Assembly (NCBI GenBank): GCA_951406725.2
Contig: OX597818.1
Coordinates: 16,864,001 to 16,928,000 of the forward strand
Direction of reading: 5' to 3'
DNA from: Octopus vulgaris
Taxonomy: Eukaryota
DNA length: 64,000 nucleotides
Shown: piece after piece, positions 41,106 through 54,937 of the stretch
Position numbering within the stretch: the stretch's first letter is position 1
How the letters are laid out: every line of letters begins with the position of its first letter
Translations under genes and position numbers: made by a program
Notes under the pieces: generated by a model
The model's input: the letters and a program-made list of their open reading frames with translations, nothing else
The model's database searches: none
Told to the model about the DNA's origin: nothing

Positions 41106-41153
41106 GAGATAGGGGCTCCAGAGATAAGGAGATCATTGCATATCGAAAACAAG
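41106..41153 (+). CDS. Candidate alternative 48-nt stalk microexon (GDRGSRDKEIIAYRKQ)
   Basis: Long pyrimidine tract, then tgtag| ... aag|gtatta. Phase 1-1, multiple of 3, no stop; purine-rich island in pyrimidine-rich flanks. Confidence 0.55.
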
Positions 41154-41599
41154 GTATTACTCTGTTGTCCTGCCTTCTGTTCATCTCTCTCTCTATCTGT
41201 CTGGTTAACTGTTGTGCGCTCTGTGCTACTTTGTCTAATGACGTATGTTTTACTTGAGCATGTCTTGTAAATTGTGTATCACTTGTGTTTGAAGTAAACT
41301 ACTACTATCACTACTACAGCTACTACTACCACTACTACTATGATTACCGATATTAATAATACTACACTACTCCTGTTTTTACGTTGTTACGTTATGTGTG
41401 TTTTTTATGCTCAGTGGTGGTTTTTATATATATTTTAAAGAAAATGTTATATCTTATTATGACTGCGAGCTTAAGGTGTTGAGCTGCTAACCAGTATATG
41501 GTCCTAAGTTCAGACCTTACTACAGTTATTGTGCCTCTGAGTGAAATGTAAAAATCTTATTGCACTCCTACTTCATGGTTCAGTGTTTGTAAGAAGGAC

Positions 41600-43430
41600 A
41601 CACCAGCCTCAAAAACAGAACGAAAAAAGGAAGAATGGATTTATTGCAGATGCAAGAGAGTATACCAATAAACAGTTGCCTATATTGATGATGTATTAAA
41701 TGTTGTTAGGTCAACCTTTATTAAGTATTGCAGAGGAATTTTTTTACAATTCAGGTTTTAGCTTACTTTGGAATGTACGATCCAGTAAAGAAATTTTAAG
41801 CAAGCTGCAAAAGGTTAAAGTAGTTTGGACTATGTATGTATATGATTTCTCTACACTATATACTAATCTATATCTCAAAAGAGAAGTTATATTTAAAGTT
41901 ATTGATATAGTGTTTAGCAAAGGTCGTAAATGTACGGCCATTAGAAATAACGAATTTGTCTTTTATATCCGTAATGGTTTTAGTTGTTTAAGTAAGAATA
42001 AATTAATGGAGATAATTAGCTTTATCATTATTCATTACCTTAGTGGGTGAGGATATTTAAACAAACTAAGGGTATTACAATGGATGGTAAGTACAGCCCT
42101 TCATTAGCAGATATTTTATCTTCATGTGAATTTAGTTGTCTTGACTCTTTAACATAGTGGTTCTCATCCAGAGTCCATATAAGATTTTGGGGGTCCACAC
42201 GACTAAATAGTAAATTGGGGATCCACAACTGTAGTCTAAGGGGCCTCTGAAAAAAATTTTGCTTAGAACGTATTGTATGTATTCCAAGAAACAGCCAGGT
42301 TTCTTTCTCTAACTTTTTACCTAGATCAACCTACACAAGTCAATGTGTTGAAAACAAAATAGAAACTTTGGAAGAAATTTCTCTAAAACTAGTTTTTAAA
42401 CATCAAATGGTTATGGGGGTCCACCAGAATAAAATAGTAATCAAAGGGGTCCATAGATAAAAATGGGTGAGAACCCTGCTTTAGCATTTAGATTATGCTG
42501 TCACACAGTTCAGAATTAATCATGCATTTATGCCGTAGCTTCTAGATTTCAGTGATGTGTTTGTTTATTTTTAGAAAGATATTTTAGGCTTGTTGTGAGA
42601 GGCCTGATCTGGCCAGTTTGAACATAAAACATTTGGAATATTTTGGCCTGGTATGGCCAGTTTGAATGCTAAAAGATCAATAATATATACTGAAAAGTTT
42701 GGTTCAGCCAAAGCTTTTGCTTGTTGGTGCAGATATATCAATATTTTTATTCCTAACTACAATTATTTTTAGTACTTGCTTGGCAAAATATATTCAGATC
42801 TTGTAACAAATAAGAATGGTAGCTTTGTAGATGAGGTTAACTATTTAGGTGTTAATGTAATTTGTAATGTTGTGACAAATAGATATAATAAAACTGTTTA
42901 TTTTAATTTTTGTATTGCGTACTTACTCTGGACACTAAATAGAATTCTGCTGAGTCTAGAGTCTTTTCCCATTAAGTTATTTGTTATGGTAGGATTGTAA
43001 ATGAGATTGGTGTGTTGTTTGAAAAATATTAGAAGGTTGACGATGCATACGAAAAAGCAAGATTTATGTTAGTCATGTTCAACTGTTACTTGGGGAGATA
43101 TAGTGAAATTCTGAGTAATTTCTAGTTTACAATTTAGTATAGATCTTGAGCAATATTGAGATCTTTTAGGGAAGATAAAGTATCAGCCCACTACTGATGC
43201 AACCCTTTCTTACTCTCTCTCTCTCTGTCACATCCTGGATCTGTCAGTTTGCACCCAAGATGGAAAGACCAAAAAGATGCCCATATCTGCTCACAATGAT
43301 TCGAGCACCTGTGTAAGACAACTAGCAAGACATAGTACATGCTACCAAGTCTTACTTGCGTACGACTGATGGTCTCGTTGGACAGAATGCCTTTTATTAG
43401 TTAATGTATATGAATGAGAACAGCATCAAA
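41600..43430 (+). mobile_element. Penelope-like retroelement RT relic with nested MITE insertions
   Basis: Peptides YDFSTLYTNL, FKQTKGITMDGKYSPSLADI, CRYIN.IFI (degenerate RYIDD) and VNYLGV...YNKTVYFNF. Degenerate hammerhead-like motif at 43366-43388. Confidence 0.8.
42154..42478. mobile_element. hAT-type MITE nested in a piggyBac-type MITE
   Basis: tagtggttctca...tgagaaccctg with 8-bp TSD-like flanks ctttaaca/ctttagca. Confidence 0.75.
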
Positions 43431-43566
43431 TAGCTTTGATTAATAACCTACCACTGAGTTTTAAGTCCATATTATTACTATAAAGTTGTCTGAGGTTTAC
43501 TGACACCTAGAATGTATGGTCAGAATCTTCAACTTCTTTGTGCTACCACAAGGGAGAAGTGTGTAT

Positions 43567-43619
<53 letters not shown>

Positions 43620-43717
43620 TGAAGTGAATGATTGTATGTGTTTAAATTGTTTTTAATTTTTGTTGTGTTGTTTTTCATCTTTTTGTTTGTTTTAGTTTCT
43701 TTGTTTTAAATATTTAG

Positions 43718-43753
43718 ATGTTTTGCACACCTTCCAACATGACGTTCAGCCAT
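43718..43753 (+). CDS. Candidate alternative 36-nt stalk microexon (DVLHTFQHDVQP)
   Basis: U/UG-rich tract, then tatttag| ... cat|gttagt. Phase 1-1, no stop; TGCATG at 43825-43830. Confidence 0.5.
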
Positions 43754-44220
43754 GTTAGTTTGTTGTTCATCTTATTCATTGTGTATTTGTTGTTGTTGTT
43801 GCTCACTGTTGCCATAACACTATTTGCATGGCTTTTATTGTTGCTTATATTTTTGTTGTTGTTGTTCATATTTTTTAAAATATTTTCTTTTTTTTAAACA
43901 CACGTGCGCACACACACATACACACACAAACACACACACACACAAACATAAACATGTCAGGTACACATATAATTGTTCATAAATGCATCATGGTCAATGA
44001 GAAAAATTTGTTAAAATGGTGATTTGAATGTATCTATCTATCTGTCTGTCTATCTCTATCTATCTATCTCTATATATCTATCTATCTATCTATCTCTATA
44101 TATCTATCTATATATATATATATATCTATCTATCTCTATATATTTATCTATCTCTATCTATCTATCTATCTCTATATATCTATCTATCTATATATATCTA
44201 TCTCTATATATTTATCTATC

Positions 44221-44251
<31 letters not shown>

Positions 44252-47200
44252 CTATCGATTTGGTTGTCTGTTTGTTGATTTATCAATCTATTTACTTATC
44301 TATCTCTCAGTTTGTCTACCAAATTTTATCTATGTATCTATACATCTATCAATCTGTATAAATATGTACTTGTTTGTGTGTGTGTTTCCCTTACACAGTT
44401 CTTTTAACTCCATTGAAACATTTCTCTTTGTCTTCTATTTTTTTTTTTTGTATTTCTTATCTAATCTATATTTGCACACCTGGAGAGGTCGACACATAAA
44501 GACAGAATCTAAAGAGAAATTTTCTAATACATTTCAGTTCTCTTGCTGTGGATTTTGATTTTGTTTTCATATATTGTTTCAATGTTTCTATATTTCTAAT
44601 TATATTTGCTTGTGTTAAATTGCCACTATTGTTATTATCACTGATTTAATTTTAAACCTTAGTCTCTCTCTTTGTTAAATGTATATTTACTTCTTTTACA
44701 GATTCAAAATGGCATTATTTTGATTACATATGTTTTGTGGGCATGTAGCCTAGTGGGTTAGATATTGAACTCATAGTTGTTAGATCATGGGTTCAAAATT
44801 TCCAAATATGCAGTGCATTATGTCTCTTCGTATGGAGCATCATATCTCAATGCTCCTGTTACTTGACTGAAAATGAGTACCAATGCAGATATGAGTTAAT
44901 TTTGCAGCAAACTTGCATCTCATTCAAGGAAAGGCTAGTATCCTCTGTTGCTTCTGTGCTACAGGAACCAAGATGAACTCTGTAATGAACCTGTAGGCTC
45001 AAGAGTGACTTCTGCTGATGGTACATTTGAAGCATTGAGAACTTTGAATATAGGTCTCTTTTGTTTTTTAAGCTGCTCAAATGCAAATGAAGCTATAAAT
45101 AATATCTTACAATATATCAGGTTTTATTGAGCTGGCAGAATTGTTGGTATGCCGGGCAAAATGCTTAGCAGTATTTCGTCCATCTTTACATTCTGAGTTC
45201 AAATTCCGCCAGGGTCAACTTTGCATTTCATCTTTTTGAGGTCGATGAATTAAGTACCAGCTATGCACTGAGGTTGATGTAATCAGCTTGTCTCCTCCCC
45301 TGAATTTTCAGACCTTGTGCCTATATTAGAAAGGATTATTATTATAATTATTATTATTATTATTATTATTATCATTATCATCATCATTATTATTATTATT
45401 ATTATTTGTAGTTTGATTTTCATTTGAATAGCTCCTTTGAATGATGTATATGAATGAATGAATGAATGACAGGGGAGCAGGAGGCATGTAATCAACTTCT
45501 TTAGCTTACAACCATTAGAATAGCTCCAGGGAGGTTATGGGGTGTTACACAAACACTCAACCCTCAGTGCACTGCTTCTTATAGCAGAAACAGCTGTATG
45601 TTAATGAAGTTGATTATGTGACTCCTGTTCCCTTGTCATTCATTAATTAATATTATGCTCCCTATTCACCTAATGCTTTACTCTACAGCTTAAATAGTAT
45701 TATTATGCCTCAGTGAAATCATGAAATATATATATAAAACATGCTGTGTTGTTATGTTTGAGATATTTGGTGACCTTCTATCTGTAGTGTCTTCTACATG
45801 CTTTCAGTATTTGAAACAAATAACAAATCAATTTTTATATAAAGTTGTAATTGATATTAAAGGAATGCTTGGAAGAGAGTCCACTGATGCCGTTGTCAGA
45901 ATCTCCACAATTTTGGTGCTTCAACAGTGCTAAAGGTGGTTGATTGAATGGCAGATATGAATGTGATTTAGTATTTATCGTACACATTTGTCTCTTTACC
46001 ATGTCAAAAGTTCAAATGGCGCCGAGGTTGAATTTGACTTTCATTTCTTCAGTAAATACCAGTCATGTATTGAGATTGATTAAATCATCTATATTCCTCA
46101 TTATATTTATTTAAATTGTTGTTGTTGCTGTTAATGATAATATTTTGGAAGGTAGTCAGACATCTGTAATGTTTTACACCAAGGGTTTCCAAGCTGGAGA
46201 AAATTTACCCCAGATGTAAATTTTACCAACCCACCAGGTAAAAATTACTGATTCTGGATTTGCAGCATGGTGTTTTTTCCCCTCGCTCTTTTTTAAATTA
46301 TCAAAAACCTGAAGTCGAGAAGAAAACTTTTGAAGCAGCAGGCCTATTTTGTGAAAAAAATACTGTTTTTTCCCCCTCCTTTGTACCACCTTGGATTTAA
46401 CATTCTATATTACTACATACTTTTTAATTGCTATGTTGTTAATGAAGTTGTATAATTCAAAAGTCTGTGTTTGGACTTGGTATCTATCTCTTCATCATCA
46501 GTTCATAAATCAGTGAAATAACATAGTTATTGTTATTTGAACTTAAAATAATCTTTAACCCTCACTGTACTGATTATATTTTTGCTGGTGATATAACACA
46601 CTAATTACATGCAAATCAGTTCTCACAAGCTTTTTCTGTTTGCCACGAAAAATAAAATGTGCATACTACACATTATCAAATGTGTAAGTACCCAACTGGA
46701 AAGTACCCCACTATAACAACAACAAAAAAAACTGAGTTAACTCAGTTCCTATATCTCAAGTGCACATGCTCAGAACTGAGTTTACTCAATTCCCATATTA
46801 CTCTCTTTTACTTGTTTCAGTCATTTGACTGCGGCCATGCTGGAGCACCGCCTTTAATTGAGCAACTCGACCCCAGGACTTATTCTTTTGTAAGCCCAGT
46901 ACTTATTCTAACGGTCTCTTTTGCCGAACCGCTAAGTAACAGGGACATAAACACACCAGCATCAGTTGTCAAGCAATGCTAGGTGGACAAACACAAACAT
47001 ACAAGCACACATATATATATACATATATACGACGAGCTTCTTTTCAGTTTCCGTCTACCAAATCCACTCACAAGGCTCGAGGCTATAGTAGAAGACACTT
47101 GCCCAAGGTGCCACGCAGTGGGACTGAACCCGGAACCATGTGGTTGGTAAACAAGCTACTTACCACACAGCCACTCCTGCGCCTATATAGTTAGGATTTA

Positions 47201-47940
47201 AAAGCATTATTTAAAATTTCCACTTTGTCCCTTGAAATGTAACCTAAATTTCCTGAGCAAAACAGTGTAAGTAAAGTTACTTTTGGGAACTTCTGTTCTA
47301 TGAGGTTTAGTTTCAGTACTTCCACTCTCTGACTCCAAATTATATCCTATTCAACTCTAGTTTTATTCCCCTCAGGATCAGTAAAACAGAATACCTGTAA
47401 TTTAATGAAGGTATGTAGAGGAGGGGAGTTGAGGATCTAGTTTAACCCTTTCCTGATAATATTTCTAATGAAATACACCATTACGCGGGTGGCCTGAAAT
47501 GTTCATTGGCTGACTATGAAGGAATGCTGCTAGAGCTGTTTCCATGAAAGTATCTTGGCCAGTCTATGAACTTATCAGTCAACCCTCATTTGTGTTTTTA
47601 TTAACTCTGAAAATAATTAAGAATTCAGAAGAATTTAATAAAGTAACTTTCTCATATGAAAGCAGGAGTTGAGATTAAATAGAGATGTTCTTACATAAGA
47701 TTTTAATTGAAGGTTTTCATTTAGGTATGAGCAGTTTAAACTGGACTGTTTTGCATCATGTAATCAGAGATAAAATCAAGCATGATGGTTTCAAAAGGGA
47801 TTATTTTTATTACCAAAGTTACATGTATGTACATATGTATATATAAATGTGTATAAATGTGTGTGTATGTATGCATACATGTAAGTATGTATATATATTT
47901 TTGTAAATATATGTATGTTTACATACATGTAGGTGTATAT

Positions 47941-48275
47941 ACGAGAGTGAGTCAAAAAGTAATGCCATTTTGTTTAGGACGAGTATAATTACTAACACAG
48001 GAACATGTATCATACATCAAACTGAAGCTGGTCCTCTGTGGATCACATCCCTACTTCTCAACATAATCACCATTTCTCTTAATAGCAATGTTCCACCTTC
48101 GAATCGGAGCAGGTATCCCTGCCACATAAAATTCTGTTGACTGTTCTTTGAACCACTTCTTCACTACAGTTTTCACTTCCTCATCACTGGAATAATTTAG
48201 CGCTTTCAGACTATCATCACTTCAGCCCCCATGAAAGAGGGTTTGAGAAGCAAACATTACTCTAATGATGATGAG
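47941..48275. mobile_element. Mariner terminal fragment
   Basis: TA followed by TIR-like cgagagtgagtcaaaaagtaatgcc. An internal remnant resembles SDYH.F..MKEGLRSKHYSNDDE. Confidence 0.6.
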
Positions 48276-49216
48276 CATTCAAACCAGCCATACATTCTTC
48301 TTGTTTAATCTTAAAAATGACCAAATCTGGCCTCTCACACTTACTCTATAATGTCATTTTAAAAATAATCACATCATTTAAATTCTGAAATCTACAAGAT
48401 AATTGTTATAATACCTGATTAGCCTGCTATTACGTAAATACTTCACAATTTTCGTATACATAACTTATTAATATTTCCTCCTAACTTCCATGTACTCTGG
48501 GAACGTATTAAAGCCTTTTCCAGGGCTAGTTTATTTGAATTCTTACTATTGGGTAATTAATTTTATGTTATTACATAACTGACTTCACAATTTGGTTATT
48601 CATAACTTATTGAGATTTCCTAAAAACAAGATCCTGTGTAAGACAGTTCGGTATTCTCATTAAATGCATGAAAACCATTTTAAGAGCTACATACTTTGTA
48701 TTGTTGCTACGGGATTTAAAGGGAATTATTAATAAATTTTTCCCTTATGGGGTTTTTCACGCTAACTACTTCATAAATTCTTATAAAGATTTTATCCTAT
48801 TTTTGAATTGTAAATTTAACCGGAATATATTCAGTGCAAAATTTTATTCTGAATAAATACGTGTGCCGAGATGCAATTCGAAAAGCCCTCCTCTTACATA
48901 GATATATAAGGTTGAACAATTCTATGTACTATGCTGGATGCATTTGGTGTTTGTCTGGTATGTTGATTGTTTTGTTCATTTTTATGTGTCTTGATTATGC
49001 TTACACTGACGATTAAAAAGTGCATTTTGTGCACTAACTACGAAATCATATGATCTGCAGCTGCATCTGTTTTTAAAAGGCTCGCTTCGAGAGTTGCATT
49101 CCCTCACGTTTGGTACAATGTGTTTATTATGGTAGTTTTGACTTTAAAGAGTCCCTCTTAGCATGATACATTTATGTATAGTAATGCCCTTAATATAAAT
49201 AAATAAATATATATAT

Positions 49217-49408
49217 CTATAATAAAGTGATTGTTTCTTATCAGGAACAAAATGTTTAATAGGACTGCTATAGAAGTGCTCAATTAAATGAGACAAATAT
49301 ATTAAACTATGGTTGTAGAACAAACAAATAAAAGATCATCCACATAACATATCATATGTTACGTGGATGACCTTATATTTGTTTGTTCTACAACCATAGT
49401 TTAATATA
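49217..49408. repeat. (TA)n-inserted fold-back element
   Basis: Arms ~49297-49352 and ~49354-49408 (atattaaactatggttgtagaacaaacaaata and its reverse complement). Confidence 0.85.
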
Positions 49409-52400
49409 TATATATACATATATGTATGTATGTTAATTGATCAAACTTACACAGAGTACAAACAATAGAGAAAATTAAAGGGGTGGAAGTAATGTGTTAC
49501 AAGTGCAACAGCTGTTTCTGGAGTCTTAGAGATTTATCAGAACACTGGTAGATGTAGTTCACCAAAATATGCAGCCAGTAATGTAAGTAAATAAGCACTG
49601 AGTAAACCAAGCTTCTGTCACCAGAGGAGAAAATTATATCACATTTCAGATCCGGATGCAGAGAAGTTTAATTTTGGAGTTTATGTTTGTCACACTTGGA
49701 ATTTCCATTCATTGAAGAAGTATGTACGGGGTTGTATATTTCACTGACATGTATTTCCTTAATTTAATCGTCAATTGGAATTGCCAACACCGTCTGTGAC
49801 TGAACTGAAATTTTGATTTTACAGATACAGTCCATTCAGTGGGCTTCCACTCAGTCCTTGATATGCAATATTGCAACAGTTTGAGGCTTTGGCTAAAGGC
49901 ACCTGCCCAAAGTGCCGCTCTGGGGGATCAAACCCAGGATCCTATAATTATGGAAAAACTTTCATAATCATTTGCTCTACTGTCTCTACTATACATGTGT
50001 GTGTACATACACTTATGATTAGGATTAGCAGTTTAATATCAGACTGGTACTTAACCTATTAATCTCAGTATGATATGTTAATATGTCTTTGCCTGTCATT
50101 CTTTTAGGGCCTATAAGTACTATTTGAGAACACTGAGGCTGATGAAAATGACTAGCTCCATCCCACAAAATTTCAGGTCTTGTGCATATAGTAAAAGAAT
50201 TATCATGGTTATGGCAGCAAACTGGCAGAATCATTAGCACACTGAAAAAATGTTTTGTGGTATTCGTTTCCACTTTTTACATTCTGAGTTCAAATCCCAT
50301 TGAGGTCAACTTTGCTTTTACATCCTTTTGAGGTTGATCAAATAATTACCAGCTAAGCACTGAGGTTAATGTCTCCTCAAAAAATTCCTGGCCTTATACC
50401 AAAATTTAAAGCCATTATTCTATTACACTGTTTGCAAATAGGGTTGAACAAGACGACTACACAGCAATAATTTGACTAACATTAATCATTTCCACATTAA
50501 GGCAGCAAGCTAGCAGAATTGTTAGTACACCAGGCAAAATGCTTGGCAGCATTTCGGCTGCCTTTATGTTCTGAGTTCAAATGCTGCCAGGGTTGACTTT
50601 GCTTTTCATCCTTTTGGTGTCAATAAAATAAGTACCAGTTGAATTCTGGGTTTGATATAGTTGACTATCACCCTCCCATGAAATTGCTGGCCTTGTGCCA
50701 AAATTTGAAAGCATTATTATTATCATTTAAAGTTGGGCAGAAGCATTAGCACATCAAATAAAGTGCTCAGTGGTATTTCTTCTGATTCCTGATGTTCTGC
50801 TTTCAAATTCCTCTAAGGTTGACACTGCCTGTTATTTTTGGGATGAGGGATGTCGATAATGTAAGTATCAGCTAACCACTGGACTTAATATAATCTACTA
50901 ATCCCTTCTCCATAAAATATTACTGACCTTTTCTCATAATTTGAGACTACTATCATCATCATCATCACCACCACCATAATGACAGAATCATTAGCACTCT
51001 GGAGAAAAATGCATCACAGCATGTCTTCCAGCTTTACATTCTGCGTTGAAATGCCACCAAGGTTGTCTTTGCCTTTCAGCCTTTCAGGGCTGATAAAATA
51101 AGTACCAGTCAAGCACTGGCAATGTAATCATCTGACACACACACACTCACTCACTCTTCAGGCCTTGTGCCTATAGTAGAAAAGATTATTATTATTTCTA
51201 CTACTACTACTGCAGCTATTATTATTTGTTGTTGTATTACATGCATATTTTATATGTTGGTGTAACTTCTGTCCTACATCATGAGTTTACAATAAGTAAT
51301 GTTTTCATTGACACACTGATAATGTGCCATACTAGTACAGGCTTGCTCAATCCCCTCTCTCCCACCATCTCCTGTACAGTCATGGTCACATGACTGACAT
51401 GGTGACAATTAACAGTTGAAATTGGTGGACAATAAGTTATGTGACACCAATTTCAAAACAAACCGGAACTAACTTTTTTTTCTTTTTTTAATCCTGTTTG
51501 GTATAGTTATTAGATAGTTATACTGAGAACTGGACAAAGACAGGTTGGCCAATGTGATTTGAAATGCACCATTTTGATATAAGCCTCAAATTCCTAGGAT
51601 CTGATAAATGGCTTTTTACCCAGATTCAGCTATCAAAATTTATTTCTTGTTCTGACTAATGTAAGAACCCACGTAAAACGGACGTTAAACGATGATGATG
51701 ATATATATACATATATAGATTTACACATAAATACATCCATGCTTTTCAGTTTTGGAAACTTACTCTAAAATACCATAGAAACAATGGTGATATTTTTGCG
51801 GCAGGATATGGAAACGGGTGTGAATCATCCATGTGAAAGAGAACTGAGAAAGTGTACGATACATTTAATTGTGATTGATATATCGAAGTGTAACTTGGTT
51901 TCAGTTCAGTGAACTATGTTAAATCTTATGTGCTGCATCTTATAGTGATACAACAGTATGTTTTGTTTAAATATATACATTGAATATTTTACTACATGAT
52001 ATGCTGAACCGAACTGACCCAACCTATGTCGTCAGTGAGTTTGATTTGTTCTCATCTTTTTTTCTTATTATTAATAATTATTCTCTATTATTCTTTATTA
52101 TTATTATTATTCATATTTCTTTAATTCATTTCTATGTACACACACACACACACACACACAATATGTGTATGAATATACATATGTATGTGTATGAATATAT
52201 GTATGTATGTATATGTACATACATGTATGTATATGCATGTATGTGTGTAAATATGTATGTACGTGTACACGAGTGCTGATACCAGTGCTATGTAAACACC
52301 CTTGCCAGTGCTACACAAAGACATCCAGTATACTCTGTAAAGTGGCTGATGTTAGGAAGGGCATCCAGCCATAGAAACCATACTGGAACAGACATGGAAC

Positions 52401-52660
52401 CTGGGCAGCTCTTCAGCTGACCAGCCCCTGTTAAACTGTCCAATCCATATCAGCATGAAAAGTGAGCATTAAATGATGATACACGTGTGTAAGACAAGGT
52501 GAGAGTGTTTGTGTAGAGCTTGGAAAGAGACACCTGTAAATTCTGGGTAGAGGTAAAGAGTGAATGTAGTGTCCATAACTCATTGATTGATCTGAGGCTA
52601 CAACGAAGACATCCAAGACACCATAGTAAGAAAGCAAATTCTGTATCTACATGGCCATGC

Positions 52661-52712
<52 letters not shown>

Positions 52713-53554
52713 TTGCATGTATTTGTAAAGTTTGGGGCCTGTATCAGTCACAATAATGATAGTTGAACAACAGAATTTGAACCAAGGACCTTGAGGTATG
52801 AATGATGAAATAACAATCACCATAATCAAAATTCCATTTTCTATGCTGGTATAGGTTGGCTGGTTTGACAGGAGCTGACAGTCCAGAGGACTGCACCAAG
52901 TTCTACTGTCTGCTTTGGCATGGTTTCTGAAGCTGGATCCCCTTCCTATTGCCAACCATTTTACAGAGTGTACTGGGTGCTTTTTTCTGTGGCACCAGCA
53001 CAATATAAAGAAATAAATATTTCTACATATTACTTTTCAATTGATTTTACAGGAATAAATCGATTTATAATCCAACATATTTACACACACACACACACAC
53101 ACATATTCTGCTACCAATATCTTGTATTATTTCTGAGCATTTTTTCCAAAAGTATATCTATTAAAAACTTCCAGTTCTCCATCCCTGCTCTCTTCATCTT
53201 CCATCTCATTTAGGAAATATGTTTTATTCACAATTCACACAATCTTAATTACATTATACAGACATGTTTAATTTAATTAAAATACTAGATGCAGTCCGGA
53301 ATTCAATTACCATCACCATCATCACTACCCTGTTACATCAGACACAACCACACAAGTATCACCACTGCCACAACCACCTTTACCACATTACACTCTCCAG
53401 TACTACCCTATACCACCATCCTAACTTCTACCAACAAACCATAAACCATCAACATAACTGACATAACCTTCAACATTGCTATTGATATCTCTCACACCTA
53501 TATCTCATAATCACCTCTTCTTTGGAAACTTTTATGCTTAAGCTATGACTATAA

Positions 53555-53783
53555 GCGGCGAGCTGGCAGAAACGTTAGCACGCCGGGCAAAATGCTCAGC
53601 GGTATTTCGTCTGCCGGTACGTTCTGAGTTCAAATTCCGCCGAGGTCGACTTTGCCTTTCATCCTTTTTGGGTCGATTAAATAAGTACCAGTTACGCACT
53701 AGGGTCAATATAATCAATTTAATCTGTTCGTCTGTCCTTGTTTGTCCCTTCTGTATTTAGCTCCTTGTGGGTAGTAAAGAAAT
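53555..53783 (+). mobile_element. tRNA-derived SINE, family 2
   Basis: gcggcgagctggcagaaacgttagc...ctgagttcaaattcc. Close copy at 57025-57254; many older copies at 39077-39290, 45129-45340, 50140-51190, 54935-55420 (-), 58035-58440 and 61434-61640. Confidence 0.9.
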
Positions 53784-54893
53784 AGGTATGACTATGTGGT
53801 TAAGAAATTTCCTTCCACAATCACAGTATTTTGGATCCAGTCCCACTATGCAGCACCTTCAGTAAGTCTTGAAAAAATTACAAAAATCGATTCCAGGTGA
53901 GAATGCGATCGATAAAGTCATGGGAATGTGTATTTGTATGTGCAAGTACATCAGCTGTTGTGATCCATACTGCGTGTATGCGAGAAAAATGCATGTACAG
54001 TTTGCGCAAAAAAAGTCGGCTGGCTTGAAATAATGCCACAAAATGCAGTATATTTAAGAGACCAAAAAAGTAAGATGCAAAAGAGATTTTCTTCAAACTT
54101 GGCATGAAGGAAGGAAAGACTCTTTGGTTTCTCAGGAAGTTTTTTTTTTTTTGCCCTAACTTCGTTTAACAAACCCAAAAATTTTATTGAAATAAAGGCA
54201 TGTTTAATTATTTTTTAATGAAAAGAAAACACTGATTGCTTTTTATTCAGCAGATATGATTCAGCACTGTCCATTGAACAGTGGGGGCGTTTTGCTTGTA
54301 TCTATCTCTCTCTCTATATATATATATATATATAGATAGATAGATATATAGATGGATGAACAAATTAGATACATGAAATATATTAGATATAATAGTTTGA
54401 GTATATAGATATATTTGTGTACATTTATTTTACACATGAACACTGGTTTTGTTGCTGGTTTTGAGGTAGATTCGGAATCACATAACCATAAATCCCCGAA
54501 ATAATGATAATTGTCATTTCTACTATAGAAATAAGGCTGGAGATTTTATTAGGTGAAAGGGTTAGTTGTTTACACCAAGCCCAATACTCAACTGGTACTT
54601 AACTTATATTTTGTCAAACAAGGATGAATAACAATGTGTAACTGTTGAATAGCCTTTAGCAGCAACAATCTACTATAACTTCACACATTGAAAGTAACAG
54701 AGTTACATGTCATCACGGTAATATGTGATCAATTGTACAATGTTGATTTGATTTATTTTAGTTTCTTTATTTTATGATTATCAGCTCCTGATGAATTTTG
54801 AAGAATACAAAGGCAGGGTTGGAAGCAAATAAAGCTTTAATTTTTGTTGTAATTTTATATTTTCTTTTGGTGTTTCTTTGTTTTTTAATAATG

Positions 54894-54937
<44 letters not shown>

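Noticed and set aside
44488-44558. Possible terminal exon (GRHIKTESKEKFSNTFQFSCCGF*) after a pyrimidine tract
   Set aside because: It needs a non-consensus GAG acceptor and has no other support.
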